From Desulfosudaceae bacterium (GTDB lineage Bacteria > Desulfobacterota > Desulfobacteria > Desulfobacterales > Desulfosudaceae), in NCBI GenBank assembly GCA_963674745.2, contig CAXXDV010000003.1:1568001-1632000 (forward strand): a DNA stretch of 64,000 bases, in the 5' to 3' direction. The notes beneath the pieces were generated by a model. It was not told where the DNA came from. It did no database searches and worked only from the letters and a program-made list of their open reading frames with translations. The translations under genes were made by a program, and so were the position numbers. Below, in pieces: positions 39,538 to 49,960 of the stretch. Within the stretch, counting starts at the first letter, position 1. Every line of letters starts with the position of its first letter.

Positions 39538-41289
39538 TCAGGTCTTTATTTTATTCAACGCTTTCCTGACCACCCCGAACCGGCTTTCTGACGCTTCTTG
39601 AACAGCACCCGCTGCTTCCGGCGTATTAATATAAGACAGGGCTTTGGCGGCGCCCTCACGGAAAACCGGTTTCCCTGTCCCCATAAAACTGTTCCATCCT
39701 TTGTTAAGGAGTATGTTACTCAAAAACGGCACGGACGTGTCAGAACCGCAACGGCCAAGGGCCTCAAAACAGGCTAGGATATGAGCCGGATCTTTTTTTC
39801 CGATATTTTCCTTTATATAATCCAGCAGCATATGCTCCAGTGCGCCGGACCTCTGCCTGGCAAAAGCCGCCAGGATACTGGCGCGTATTTCCTTACTGGG
39901 GTCATCAATGAATGAAAACAGCTTTTGAGCGTATTCGGGGTCCCTTTTAACCAGTTCTTTGATCGCATTTCTGCGCACGATGTCGGATGAATGATCGCAC
40001 ATCCTGAGAATGATTTGATTGATCTCTTCTCCTTGCAGACGATTGAGTATGGCCAGAAGCTTGACGCCCATCTTCTCACCATGCTTCTGTGCTATTTCTT
40101 CAAGAGGCCCGATGTCACGCCGGCTCTTTTTCACGACCACATCCGTGATCAACTGCTGTATCTCGGGTGAATTCCTCTGTACAATGACCGGCACCAGAAA
40201 AGGAACAACCTGAGGCGAAAAATAACGCAGCGCCTGTCCGAGCGCCTTTAACATATCAACTTCACTCGTTGGCACGTTCAGGAGTTTATCGCTGATAAGC
40301 TGAAGGATTTCAGGGCTGTTCAGGTTCTGAAAAAACCGCTTGATGGAAGGGCGCCGCCAATCCTTTTTAGCTAATTCTTTGGTGAAGAGATTATGCAGGG
40401 ACTGAAACAATTTGATCACCAGTTCGATCTTATCCAGCTCAAGGGTTTTAACCGCCATTTCCGAGATGAAACCCAAAACCGCTTCGTATTTTTCAGGGTC
40501 GGACTGGCTGTTAAGTATAATCAGCAACAGGTCAAACAGGTCCCCGGTAATAATCCAGCTTTCTTCCTCTTCGACCATTTGCCGAAGTGTTTCATTATCG
40601 TCACCGGACAAACCCAGTTCGGCATCACCTTTTAAAATATCGGCTATACTTCGGGCATCAATTTCTTCTTTGTCAGACCCTTTCGGCTCCATGGGCCGGT
40701 CCGCTTCTCCTCCCGGTTCTTCTTCTTTTTGCTCAGTATCATCATCCTGAGATTCAGGTTGGGGAAGATTGGAAAAATCAATGAGCAGCATGTCCTGCCA
40801 GAAAATATCAACCGCCTTGAAATCAATGTATTCAAGTTCTTCATCTATCAGGTCGGTTACGATGTCTCCCTCGGCCTCTTCCAAAAACGATCTGTGATTA
40901 TTAACGGTTCTGAAAAAAGAAGCGATCTCCTCCAGCGTAAGACCCTCTTTAAACTCAATCCATTTGATACCGTCACGATAGAGGAGTGTCGTAATATCTT
41001 CCGACGAGGCCTCCTGTGAAACCTCATAGATGATTTCAGAACTGCAAAGGAGACGGTCTTTTTCCACCGTCAGCCGCAAATCACCATGGTTCGTGAAAAA
41101 ATTGCTGAATGCGTCAATTAGGTTTTCAAAAGATTTTATCGTATTTACATGATCCTCCGGATACAGGCCGTAATTCTTCCAGGCCAGGAGAAGAATCCTG
41201 GTTGCCTGCCTGGCATCCTGCAATTCATTATCCGAAAGGGATCTATGACCTTGATTTTCCTGTTGTTCCATTGTGTCTGCTTTTGTCAT
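39538..41289 (-). CDS. HEAT-repeat protein
   Basis: Helical repeats in the C-terminal half; LYPEDH N-terminal motif; adjacent to the HD-GYP gene. Confidence 0.75.
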   Translation of the reverse strand: MTKADTMEQQENQGHRSLSDNELQDARQATRILLLAWKNYGLYPEDHVNTIKSFENLIDAFSNFFTNHGDLRLTVEKDRLLCSSEIIYEVSQEASSEDITTLLYRDGIKWIEFKEGLTLEEIASFFRTVNNHRSFLEEAEGDIVTDLIDEELEYIDFKAVDIFWQDMLLIDFSNLPQPESQDDDTEQKEEEPGGEADRPMEPKGSDKEEIDARSIADILKGDAELGLSGDDNETLRQMVEEEESWIITGDLFDLLLIILNSQSDPEKYEAVLGFISEMAVKTLELDKIELVIKLFQSLHNLFTKELAKKDWRRPSIKRFFQNLNSPEILQLISDKLLNVPTSEVDMLKALGQALRYFSPQVVPFLVPVIVQRNSPEIQQLITDVVVKKSRRDIGPLEEIAQKHGEKMGVKLLAILNRLQGEEINQIILRMCDHSSDIVRRNAIKELVKRDPEYAQKLFSFIDDPSKEIRASILAAFARQRSGALEHMLLDYIKENIGKKDPAHILACFEALGRCGSDTSVPFLSNILLNKGWNSFMGTGKPVFREGAAKALSYINTPEAAGAVQEASESRFGVVRKALNKIKT

Positions 41290-41297
41290 ATAGTCAA

Positions 41298-41420
41298 CAG
41301 AACTATGGTAAACGTTTATTCGACAAAATAAAAAACCACCAGCCCCACAAGGTGAATATTTAATGGTACGACATGAAAGCCTTTTTAGTCAAATGATTGC
41401 CGTTTTTGATCAAAATAAAT
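41298..41420 (+). pseudogene. Second IS4-family left-end/N-terminal remnant
   Basis: MVRHESLFSQMIAVFD, similar to 3088-3270; cut just before a family B left end. Confidence 0.5.
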
Positions 41421-41431
41421 TGGGGCGCACT

Positions 41432-41460
41432 AACCGGGGCCGGACCAGGTTAACATGCTG
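41432..41460 (+). repeat. Family B left end
   Basis: aaccggggccggacc. Confidence 0.65.
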
Positions 41461-41462
41461 GC

Positions 41463-44000
41463 CTATGTTCCAACCTCACCGGCACATTCATCCAGCACCC
41501 AACGAACAGCAGCGGCCAGTTGATCCCGCCGAACCGGCTTCATCAAAAAGGCATTGATCCCCAGGGCCGTGGCCTTTTTTTCATCTATCTGCTGGTTGAA
41601 GCCCGTGCACAGAATAACGGGCAATCGGGGCCGGATTTTATGAATTTCGGCGATCAGCTGAACACCGGTCATTTCCGGCATGGTCATGTCGGTCACCATC
41701 AGGTCAAACGTATCCGGGGCGTTCCGAAAAGCTTCCAGGGCGAGCGGACTGCCAACGTGCGGCGTCACTTTATAACCGAAGCCGGTCAAGAGCGAATTCA
41801 ACATGTCAAGGATACTGAGCTCGTCGTCAACCAGGAGAATATGTTCCGTTCCCCTGTTGGCCGAACCAGGCTTGTCCGCCGGCATTGGAGCGCACTCTGG
41901 GCCTGCCGCCGCCACCGGAAGAAAAACATGAAATGTCGCCCCCTGCCCGGGTGTGCTGGACACATCGATCAGGCCTTCATGCTCTCTGACGATCCCATAA
42001 GAAACTGACAGCCCCAGGCCGGTGCCTTTACCGATTTCCTTGGTCGTATAAAAGGGATCAAAGATTTTCATCATAACCGCCGGGTCCATCCCTGTGCCCG
42101 TGTCCGAAACAGACAGGTCGATGTAGTTCCCGGGCGCTATCTCCACACTCGGCAGTCGATCCCCAACAAGCTCAATTTCATTAAGCCCGATCGCAATTAT
42201 GCCGACATCCGCCTCCATGGCGTGGTGAGCGTTCACGATCAGGTTCATCAGCACCTGATGGATTTGGCCGGGATTGGCCATCACCGGCCGGCAGGACGAA
42301 TCAATATCAGCCCTTATCTCTATTGAGGTGGGTATAGAATGCCGGGTCAGGTCCAGTACCTCACGGATGATGTCCTGTATTTTGACGGGTGTTTTGTCGC
42401 TCTGCCGCTGCCGGCTGAAGGCGAGAATCTGTTTGACCAGATCGCTTGCTCGAGAGGCACTGCCCAGAATGGCTCGGGCATATTTTTGTTGTAGACTGTC
42501 GCCGCGCGTTATTTCCATGAGCATCTCAGCGTAACCGACGATCGGTGACAGGACGTTGTTGAAGTCATGCGCAATGCCGCCGGCAAGTGTTCCGATGGAC
42601 TCCATTTTCTGGGCCTGCAGGAGCTGGGATTGGAGGCTGATATTTTCCATCTCGGCCCGGCGGCGGGCGGTGATGTCACGGAACGTCCAGATACGGCCGT
42701 AGTTTTGGCCGTCTTTGCCTACAACAGGCGCCGAATATCGCTCCAAAACAGTCCCGTCCTTCAGTGCGACTTCGTCCTGCAATGTCTCCTCCGGATGGTT
42801 GTAAAGAAAGGTAACCTGCGCCAGAAACGCTTCCGGGTCCTTTGTTGAATTCATAACATACTGGACCTGGGTCTGATCATCGTCATTGTCGGCGATATGT
42901 TGCGGGATTTTCCAGAGTTCAATGCTCCGTCGGTTTTGAAAGACCTTTTTCCCTCTGCCGTCAACCACCAAAAGGCCTTCAGTGGTGGTATTGGCCTGGG
43001 CCTCTAAAAGCGCGGCCTGCCGGCGCAACTCGTCTTCCGCCCGTTTCTGATCCGATATATCGCGGGCCACTGAATACGTCACCCCCTTTTCCGGCTTCGG
43101 GTGTGACACCCAACTGAGCCAGCGGTAGCTACCGTCCCGGCACATATACCGGTTAATGAAATTGATTACCCTTTCCCCTTTTTGAAGTTTCGACTCCACC
43201 ATGTCTATTGTCTTCATGACATCATCCGGATGGATAAATTCAAGAAACGGTTTTGACTGGAGCTCATCTTCAGTAAAACCGAGCGTTTCCGTAAAGGCCG
43301 GATTGATCCTTATAAATGTCGAGGTCCGGATATCGGCAATGCATAGCATATCGAGGGACATGGAGAACACCTGCTCGAATTCTTTTCGGGCAAGCTGAAA
43401 GTAGATCAGAATCATCCCGATTGCGACAATAATCTCAATAAAGGCCCCCAGCAGGTATCCCCATGGGGCAAACCACTCCACGGGCCTCAGGAAGGGGTAA
43501 TCGATCTTGTGAACCCCCCATATGATAAAAGCAATCCCGACAACGCTCGGAAGGATTCCGTCCACCGTTCTGTACCGGAGTATCATGATGCCGGTCCAGA
43601 TGAAAACCATCCCGATAAACAGATAATTGGGAAGGCTTAAGAAAAGCAGGGTGGTGTCCGTCATGCCGCAGGCAAAAATCCACATGCCAATGGCAACTGC
43701 AAGATACACCCATAGCCGGTGCATGGACCGGTTGATAAAAACAAAGGTCCCGTACATCAGAAACATTCCGCTCAAGAGGGTGGTGATCTGGTTGCTGATC
43801 AACAGATACCGGGAATAGTCGTCGGGCCCGGCTGTAATCAGCACCAGCATCAATACGAAACGCAGGGTATATATGCACCACCCTATGGACCAGATGAACA
43901 GGTATTTCTGCCTGTCAACCGTATACAGGTAGAAGAAGGTCAGGGTCAGGACGACCGTTCCTGACAGCGTTGCGACAACCGAAGGTATCAGCCAGTTCAT
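41463..44000 (-). CDS. Hybrid sensor histidine kinase (multi-TM, 2 PAS, HisKA, HATPase, receiver)
   Basis: GGIAHDFNN H-box, DPFYTTK, GTGLGL, LLVDDE...TDMTMP. Confidence 0.94.
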   Translation of the reverse strand: MNWLIPSVVATLSGTVVLTLTFFYLYTVDRQKYLFIWSIGWCIYTLRFVLMLVLITAGPDDYSRYLLISNQITTLLSGMFLMYGTFVFINRSMHRLWVYLAVAIGMWIFACGMTDTTLLFLSLPNYLFIGMVFIWTGIMILRYRTVDGILPSVVGIAFIIWGVHKIDYPFLRPVEWFAPWGYLLGAFIEIIVAIGMILIYFQLARKEFEQVFSMSLDMLCIADIRTSTFIRINPAFTETLGFTEDELQSKPFLEFIHPDDVMKTIDMVESKLQKGERVINFINRYMCRDGSYRWLSWVSHPKPEKGVTYSVARDISDQKRAEDELRRQAALLEAQANTTTEGLLVVDGRGKKVFQNRRSIELWKIPQHIADNDDDQTQVQYVMNSTKDPEAFLAQVTFLYNHPEETLQDEVALKDGTVLERYSAPVVGKDGQNYGRIWTFRDITARRRAEMENISLQSQLLQAQKMESIGTLAGGIAHDFNNVLSPIVGYAEMLMEITRGDSLQQKYARAILGSASRASDLVKQILAFSRQRQSDKTPVKIQDIIREVLDLTRHSIPTSIEIRADIDSSCRPVMANPGQIHQVLMNLIVNAHHAMEADVGIIAIGLNEIELVGDRLPSVEIAPGNYIDLSVSDTGTGMDPAVMMKIFDPFYTTKEIGKGTGLGLSVSYGIVREHEGLIDVSSTPGQGATFHVFLPVAAAGPECAPMPADKPGSANRGTEHILLVDDELSILDMLNSLLTGFGYKVTPHVGSPLALEAFRNAPDTFDLMVTDMTMPEMTGVQLIAEIHKIRPRLPVILCTGFNQQIDEKKATALGINAFLMKPVRRDQLAAAVRWVLDECAGEVGT

Positions 44001-44111
44001 GTGTAAACGGTTTCTCCTTGAAGAGTTTTGCCCGTGGTGAGCGGGAAAGGCTGAATTTTATAGTCTATTAATATAAATAATCTCACAATAATCTGTATGA
44101 AGCAAGCAATA

Positions 44112-44156
44112 GGGGTCGGACCAGGCTAACTTAGGGTATTCCGGTATTCCGGGGAC
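44112..44156 (+). repeat. Family B left end plus left half of an interrupted family D REP
   Basis: ggggtcggacc; ggtattcc-ggtattccggggac. Confidence 0.75.
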
Positions 44157-44179
44157 ATCCATGATAAGTAAAGTCAAGG

Positions 44180-44490
44180 GAAAAAAAGAGTTTTCCCATC
44201 CGCCAAAGAATACCCCCTGGTGGTTATGTTCCCGGTTCTCCGCGTAAGCTCTTTTTAATCTGTGTCTATTCGATCGACGGTCTGCCGCGACCAGACATCC
44301 ATTTGCTGTATCAGCCGCTTTATCCTTAATAAATAAAGCGGCGTCACAGAAGATTGAGTTTGGGTTAAAACCCGCCGGCCTCGAAACAGTATAAAAGATT
44401 GTATCTCGATCGGCTGTTCGATCACACAGTCCCCAAAACGCGAGGCCCGGCGGGAAAGCAACAGACGGATAAACCGTTATTTTATAAAAT
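44180..44490 (-). ncRNA. Predicted bridge/seek RNA of the IS110 element
   Basis: Stem-enclosed segments matching the target (acagtata, gtcccc) and the donor junction (acatccat, gtttg). Confidence 0.75.
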
Positions 44491-45528
44491 CTATGCCGCT
44501 TCCTGTTCTTCTCCTTTCGGCAGTTCAAACGTCTTTTGTCCTTTATCAACCGCAAGCATGTAGGCGACAAGCTTTCGTGCTACCGCCAGCGTGGCCCGGT
44601 TTTTATTGCCTTTCTCGATCTCTCGGGCATGCACCTCGGCCAGTTGCGGGTTCCAGTAAGGTGCCAGTTTGGCCGCTTCGACCAATATCGTTTGTAAATG
44701 TTTGTTTCGCTTCTTCGATATTGGGCCTCTCATATTTTTGCCGGCCGACTCTCTTTGAGCGCTGCATAACCCGCAATAACTGACAGCTTTCCGGGCCGAT
44801 GAAAAACGGCCAGGATCTCCGATCTCCAGTGCCCAGGTCAGGGCCGTAACCTCTCCGACACCCCTGATGGACATCAGTCGATCCACCCGTTCTTTTATCT
44901 GCTCATTATTGCGGAGCACCTTTAACAGTTTTTTTTGGATATCGGTAAACATCTCATATCCGGATCGGGACATGCGCAGCAGGTTTATTACCGACTCGGG
45001 CACATCTTCCATGTTCTCCAGCAACTCACGAAAATATTTTTTCCGGTGCAGTCTGCTTTTGGTGTATTCCGCGCCGCATTCCATCAGGAGGCCGGATATT
45101 TTGTTTTGCATACGAACCGCCTCTCTGACGATATGATTGCGATAACGGAGAATGCGGCGCAACTCCCGCATATCCTCAGGCATCATGTAACACTCCGGCA
45201 ATAAATCGCACCGCAACAGATCGGCAATCATTCGCGCGTCTACTTTGTCGTTTTTCTTTTTGGATGCAGAAATAGCCTTGAGCATCTGGGGATGGGCGAC
45301 CTTCAACTCCTCAGCATACGGTTTTAAAAAATCATAAATCCATCCTGAAAACATCGTTGCTTCCATGGCGCCTGTCCACGGCCCTGGCAGACCATCTGCC
45401 CAGTGGGTTAAAGCGGAACGCGTAGCGGATATCACCCCTTGTCCGATAACGGTTCCGTCTTGTTGTTTAATGCAATAAGCGATAGTTTTCTTGTGAATGT
45501 CCAGTCCGATATAGTATGATTTTTTCAT
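44491..45528 (-). CDS. IS110 family transposase/recombinase
   Basis: YIGLDIHK, MEAT, KNDKVDA (DEDD) and SAQRESAG (catalytic Ser); start MKKSYY after GGAGG. Confidence 0.95.
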   Translation of the reverse strand: MKKSYYIGLDIHKKTIAYCIKQQDGTVIGQGVISATRSALTHWADGLPGPWTGAMEATMFSGWIYDFLKPYAEELKVAHPQMLKAISASKKKNDKVDARMIADLLRCDLLPECYMMPEDMRELRRILRYRNHIVREAVRMQNKISGLLMECGAEYTKSRLHRKKYFRELLENMEDVPESVINLLRMSRSGYEMFTDIQKKLLKVLRNNEQIKERVDRLMSIRGVGEVTALTWALEIGDPGRFSSARKAVSYCGLCSAQRESAGKNMRGPISKKRNKHLQTILVEAAKLAPYWNPQLAEVHAREIEKGNKNRATLAVARKLVAYMLAVDKGQKTFELPKGEEQEAA

Positions 45529-45704
45529 GGGAGACCTCCTTGTTTGTGGATTCAGATTCTGAGCAAGCCCAGTGCCTGTCTCAGCCGGTATTTTAAATAC
45601 CACATCTGCCACCGGGAGGTCTCCTCTCTCAATTAACTTACTTATGCATTCAAACAGTATACTGGTTTAAATCTATATACAGAGATCGCCAGACCGGAAT
45701 TCCA

Positions 45705-47345
45705 TTATTCTGCCTGCAGTTTGACTGCCGTTAACGAACAAGGCGGAAACGAAAAGGCATCAGGTGTTTTGCCTTGAGGGGAGATACTTAGCGGGATAAT
45801 GTTTTCACGGTTCTCCGGTGTGTTTTGCGCGAACGGATCATCATGGGTAAGTGACATTATTTCCTTGAAGACGAATTGACGGTCAGTGAAGCCGGCAAAA
45901 GAGATCCCGGTTTTGACATGTTGTTCCAGGTGCCGGTTGACAACAACCAGAGATATGTTTTTCCCGTCATCCGACATGGTCGCCCCGGCATCGAGTACCG
46001 GGATTGCACCTTCCTTTACCATGCCGATTTTTTTATTCATAACCGTGGGGCATGCCATGTCAAGCGCCAGGTGATTTTGGTAAGCGTTGCTGAAAATCAT
46101 CCAAAAGGCATGGTAACTGGTGGTTTTAACGATCCCCCGGTCGTCGGTCCTGATCAGCCCGAGGCAATTAATCAGCTGGGAGCAGTTCCCCATGCCCATT
46201 ATTTTCCCCAGCCGCATCATTGACAACAGGACGGATGCCACAAACAAAGAATCGCTCAAGGTCCAGTTTGTTTTTATCATCTGTGACATCTGATACCAGG
46301 CATTCCATTCATCCAGTGCTATCCTGACAGTTGTGTCAGGGCCAAGCGCGTCTTCAACGGACTGCCGGCATCGACGCAACATCATTTCAAATTCAGCGGG
46401 AGCGGCCTGCATGGCATAATGTACTTTTTCATTATGCCAGGGGGGCAGGGAGCGACCCAGAAGCGCCCGGGGATTTATAATATTAATGTTTGTCCACGGT
46501 GCGTAAATATGAACACTCAAATAATCGACATAGCCGTCAATCGCGCTTAAAAGCGTGGTGTTCCATTCCGCCGTATGACGGGTAACAAGGATATCCCGCC
46601 ACCCGGGGTCAATGCCGCTGGCGACCAGCCTGATACCCGGATCTTTCTGTTTCATGGCCCTGGCAAACTGCAGGTATCGCCGGGCGTAGCTGTCCGGGCG
46701 TTTTTCCCAGCCTGGAATATACCTGCCCCAGATTTCATTGGCGATCCCCCAGTATTTTACATTATACGGTTCGGGATTGACCTTTGCCCGCAGAGCGCCG
46801 AATGCCGTGTCTGAAGAACCGTTACAGTATTCTACCCAATTGGCGGCCTCTTCGGGTGTGCCGGTTCCATAATTGATGTTGATATACGGATCGGCGTTGA
46901 TTTTCCGGCAGAGGGCATTAAACTCATCCGTGCCGAATTGATTATGAACATAAGGGCCGGGCACGCCATATTTATTTCTGAAAAATCCATAGGGGATGAA
47001 TTTGCCCCAGAATTTATTGGGGTGCCCTCTTCTGTCTTCTGATTTTCCGACACCGTCCTGCCAATGGTATGTCTCGGCATAGTTCCCCCCCGGCCACCTG
47101 AGCACAGGTCCCGGCCCTTTGTCGGCATGTTGAAACAGCGGGATCACGGCCTGAAGAACATCTGCCCGGACGCCGCTCAAAAAAGAGTCATCGCAGTGCG
47201 GCAGGCTTTTGTATCGCTCCGAGGTTGTCCACAGGCCGTCATGAATGGCCTCACCGAGTTCCTCGATAAAATGGCCGAATATATTTCTGTCAATTTGATG
47301 CTGAATATTATTCTTGATTTTGATGTCAGCCACTGAATACCCCAC
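45705..47345 (-). CDS. GH51 alpha-L-arabinofuranosidase-like glycoside hydrolase (start uncertain)
   Basis: FGHFIE, LRWPGGN, FGTDEF, WGIANE, LDEWN. Confidence 0.9.
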   Translation of the reverse strand: MGYSVADIKIKNNIQHQIDRNIFGHFIEELGEAIHDGLWTTSERYKSLPHCDDSFLSGVRADVLQAVIPLFQHADKGPGPVLRWPGGNYAETYHWQDGVGKSEDRRGHPNKFWGKFIPYGFFRNKYGVPGPYVHNQFGTDEFNALCRKINADPYININYGTGTPEEAANWVEYCNGSSDTAFGALRAKVNPEPYNVKYWGIANEIWGRYIPGWEKRPDSYARRYLQFARAMKQKDPGIRLVASGIDPGWRDILVTRHTAEWNTTLLSAIDGYVDYLSVHIYAPWTNINIINPRALLGRSLPPWHNEKVHYAMQAAPAEFEMMLRRCRQSVEDALGPDTTVRIALDEWNAWYQMSQMIKTNWTLSDSLFVASVLLSMMRLGKIMGMGNCSQLINCLGLIRTDDRGIVKTTSYHAFWMIFSNAYQNHLALDMACPTVMNKKIGMVKEGAIPVLDAGATMSDDGKNISLVVVNRHLEQHVKTGISFAGFTDRQFVFKEIMSLTHDDPFAQNTPENRENIIPLSISPQGKTPDAFSFPPCSLTAVKLQAE

Positions 47346-47365
47346 GAATCTCGGGGACAGTATAT
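47346..47365 (+). repeat. Family D REP
   Basis: gaatctcggggacagtatat. Confidence 0.7.
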
Positions 47366-47380
47366 CGATTTATTTGCAGC

Positions 47381-48112
47381 TTAAACCGCCCCGGTGTTAT
47401 TTTCGATTTCCTGCTTGAAGTAGGCATTCGCCAGTTGAAGGAAATCGTCACGTGACAGCAGCTCTTGTGAAACGCGGTTTAACACCTCGTCCGGAATGAC
47501 TTCATTCCGCCCGGCGAACCGCCCGGCCTCACGACAGCCTTCGTAGACAGGCTTCATCCTGTCCGGTTCGAGTGCATCGAAAATTTCCATCATCGGTCCG
47601 TGGGGCCTGAGAAGGGAGCCCAGGTACTGCCGGCAACCCAGCCGGACAAAAGCCTGAACATGCGCTACCAGCTCATCGAAGTGATGCATCTCGTGAAAAC
47701 CGCAGTTGGACAACAGCACCATCGAAGAGTTTTTGGTTCCCTCGCGGAACGGATGGGTACACTGACCGTCCTTGACTTCAATGAACGGCAGCGCCAGCGG
47801 AATGATCCGGTCCATCATGATTTTCATCTGGGCCGTCATGCCGCATACATAGAGCGGCGTAGCGAGAACCACCACATCCGCCTGTCGCAAAAGTTCGAGC
47901 ATACGCTGCATGTCATCCTTCTGCACGCATTCTCCGGGTGTCTTGAGCCAGCAGTTGAAACACCCGATGCAGGGATTGATTTTCATTCCCTGAAGATAGA
48001 CCAGGTCAACAGTTGCACCTGTTTCTTTTGCCCCCTCAATAAACGGTAGCAGCATACGGTCCGTATTGCTCAATTTCTTCCTGGGGCTGCCGTTGATCGC
48101 CAGAAGTTTCAT
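47381..48112 (-). CDS. Flavodoxin-fold / iron-sulfur flavoprotein family
   Basis: NGSPR...NT, CIGCFNCW.....C..KDD, ATPLY. Confidence 0.88.
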   Translation of the reverse strand: MKLLAINGSPRKKLSNTDRMLLPFIEGAKETGATVDLVYLQGMKINPCIGCFNCWLKTPGECVQKDDMQRMLELLRQADVVVLATPLYVCGMTAQMKIMMDRIIPLALPFIEVKDGQCTHPFREGTKNSSMVLLSNCGFHEMHHFDELVAHVQAFVRLGCRQYLGSLLRPHGPMMEIFDALEPDRMKPVYEGCREAGRFAGRNEVIPDEVLNRVSQELLSRDDFLQLANAYFKQEIENNTGAV

Positions 48113-48197
48113 GCCCTCACCTCTTTTGTGTTTGTGTTATTGGAAAAAATGAACCGAACATCCCCCATCCAGGCATTTAAAAAAAATCATACTCTTA

Positions 48198-48357
48198 TTT
48201 CCAGGGACAGTATCCCTATTTTAAATTTATTGCAGGAAGCCCCCTCGAAGGGGGCTTTTGGGTTGGGAGAAGAGCCCAATTTTTATTACCTATTACCCTG
48301 CTTGATCAACAAGCCGGCCTTGTTATCGATAATGGCCATAAAAGCGACTTCTTATCC
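48198..48357 (+). repeat. Family D REP, hairpin (48237-48259) and degenerate family B right end
   Basis: ttccagggacagtatcccta; aagccccctcgaagggggctt; ggccataaaagcgacttcttatcc. Confidence 0.7.
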
Positions 48358-48388
48358 TTTCCTTATGAAATTGGTGGAATAAGTTTGT

Positions 48389-49960
48389 TTAGCCGGATTT
48401 TTCACGGATTTGTTTATAAAATAATATGCCGATGGAAAAGAGCATAATTGAGACAACCGGAGCGACCTGCCATTTACCATGCAACCCCAGCCAACGCCCC
48501 ATAATGAATGACCGCGTGTCAGATGGCGGCCGATCGGGTTGAGGTTTTCTTAAAGGAAAATTTCTATCCGTGAGGAACTGCAGGTTGTCATTTGCAAACT
48601 GTTTATAAAATTGCGGTAATGGATTGGACCAGAATTGTTGTATGACCGGATGATCATCCGGTCGGACATTGGGGGAGGATGTAGACACTGTAGCGGCTAT
48701 CAGCATGTTGCTGACGGAAAACGCCAGCATCAACGCGCCGGGTATTGTTACAATCCAAGGGCGGGGTAATTGAAGATGTGTGATGCCCACGGCGGCAAGG
48801 ATTATGTACCATTGAAGCCCGACTATCTGATAACGAGGTCCGGTAGACCAGCCGCCGTGCCAGCCGTTGAAAGACACGTTTAGTACAAAAAAAAGTATGA
48901 TATTAGCTAGAGCCAACCAAGGCACCCAGCGATATTTTCCCAGCTTACCGGTCACCAGAAGCCCTAAGGGAAAGAGACAAAGAACGGGCATATACCAAAA
49001 CAGACCACGGTAGGACGAAAACGTCAATCCGAAAACAGCCTGCTTGAATCCGAAAAAATCAAACAGGCCACCGGCGGCGTTGGTCGAGAGAAATAGTGGA
49101 TTGCTATAGATCGAAGCGGGCATGAAGAATGATCCGAAACAAATTTTGTGATACCCGGCGAAGATCAGAGCCGGGAACAGTCCGCCCAGGCAGAAACGAG
49201 CAAGAGATCGCGGGTTCCGGCGCATCACCATATAAATAAAAACAACGGCGACGGTCAGGGCGGTGGTATAATCACAGAGCACTGCCAGTCCGAAAAAAAG
49301 ACCGGAAAGGCTTTCATAATTTGTCGGTTGTCTTACCAGAAAGAAAAATCCGGAAATGCAAAAAGCGGCGGCAAGTGTGTGCCCCCATAATTGAGTGGAA
49401 AACGGAAACATCAGTGTGCCGAAATAAAGGGCGAAGGTGCCCAAGCCCGCCACAAGATCGTTTTGTTTACATAAGGTCAGAAGGGACAGGTAAAAAAGGA
49501 TACTCGATAGGGCCACCGGCACAACCGTTACGAAAAAATTAATGATGAAGCTGTTGACATTAGTGGCTTCCGTACGCAACGGGTCAATCCCCAGTCCCCT
49601 TTCCAACCAGTAGAGGACGGCATAAACCGGTATTCCCATAATTGACGGCAGCGGCGGTTTGTTGGAATAGAAATTGCGGTCGTACTGCGGGTTGTTTGCC
49701 CAGTCACAGGTGTTTGTGTACCGGTCGGGGCCGCAGCCCTTGAACCGGTTGATATGAAACGTATACGTGTCGGCCGTTCCCGGCTCCACAAAACTAAAAA
49801 TCACATTGAGTCGGGCCGCTTGGTTTGCGTTGGCGCCGTTATGAAACCATCCATAGGCGACTGTAATAGCAAAGCATAACATCAGCGCCATTTTCGGAAC
49901 GGTTGAAGCGGGCAATAAAGACCGAGCACTGTGAACGCGTCGTTGGTGAACAGATATCAT
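48389..49960 (-). CDS. Multi-pass membrane protein, GT-C-like glycosyltransferase
   Basis: Many TM segments, YSNKPP, RGLFWYMP, WHGGWSTGPRY. Confidence 0.65.
   Translation of the reverse strand: MISVHQRRVHSARSLLPASTVPKMALMLCFAITVAYGWFHNGANANQAARLNVIFSFVEPGTADTYTFHINRFKGCGPDRYTNTCDWANNPQYDRNFYSNKPPLPSIMGIPVYAVLYWLERGLGIDPLRTEATNVNSFIINFFVTVVPVALSSILFYLSLLTLCKQNDLVAGLGTFALYFGTLMFPFSTQLWGHTLAAAFCISGFFFLVRQPTNYESLSGLFFGLAVLCDYTTALTVAVVFIYMVMRRNPRSLARFCLGGLFPALIFAGYHKICFGSFFMPASIYSNPLFLSTNAAGGLFDFFGFKQAVFGLTFSSYRGLFWYMPVLCLFPLGLLVTGKLGKYRWVPWLALANIILFFVLNVSFNGWHGGWSTGPRYQIVGLQWYIILAAVGITHLQLPRPWIVTIPGALMLAFSVSNMLIAATVSTSSPNVRPDDHPVIQQFWSNPLPQFYKQFANDNLQFLTDRNFPLRKPQPDRPPSDTRSFIMGRWLGLHGKWQVAPVVSIMLFSIGILFYKQIREKSG

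Larger units (their letters stand above)
44157..45655 (-). mobile_element. IS110-family (IS1111-type) insertion sequence inserted in a family D REP
   Basis: Subterminal IRs ataagtaaagtcaa (44164-44177) and ttaacttacttat (45633-45645); removing the element restores ccggggacagtatac. Confidence 0.88.

Noticed and set aside
44058..44570. 170-aa ORF downstream of the IS110 transposase
   Set aside because: It spans the structured non-coding end and the REP junction, and is better explained as the bridge RNA region.
45529..45612. 28-aa N-terminal extension of the IS110 transposase
   Set aside because: The GGAGG RBS and the family-typical start support 45528.
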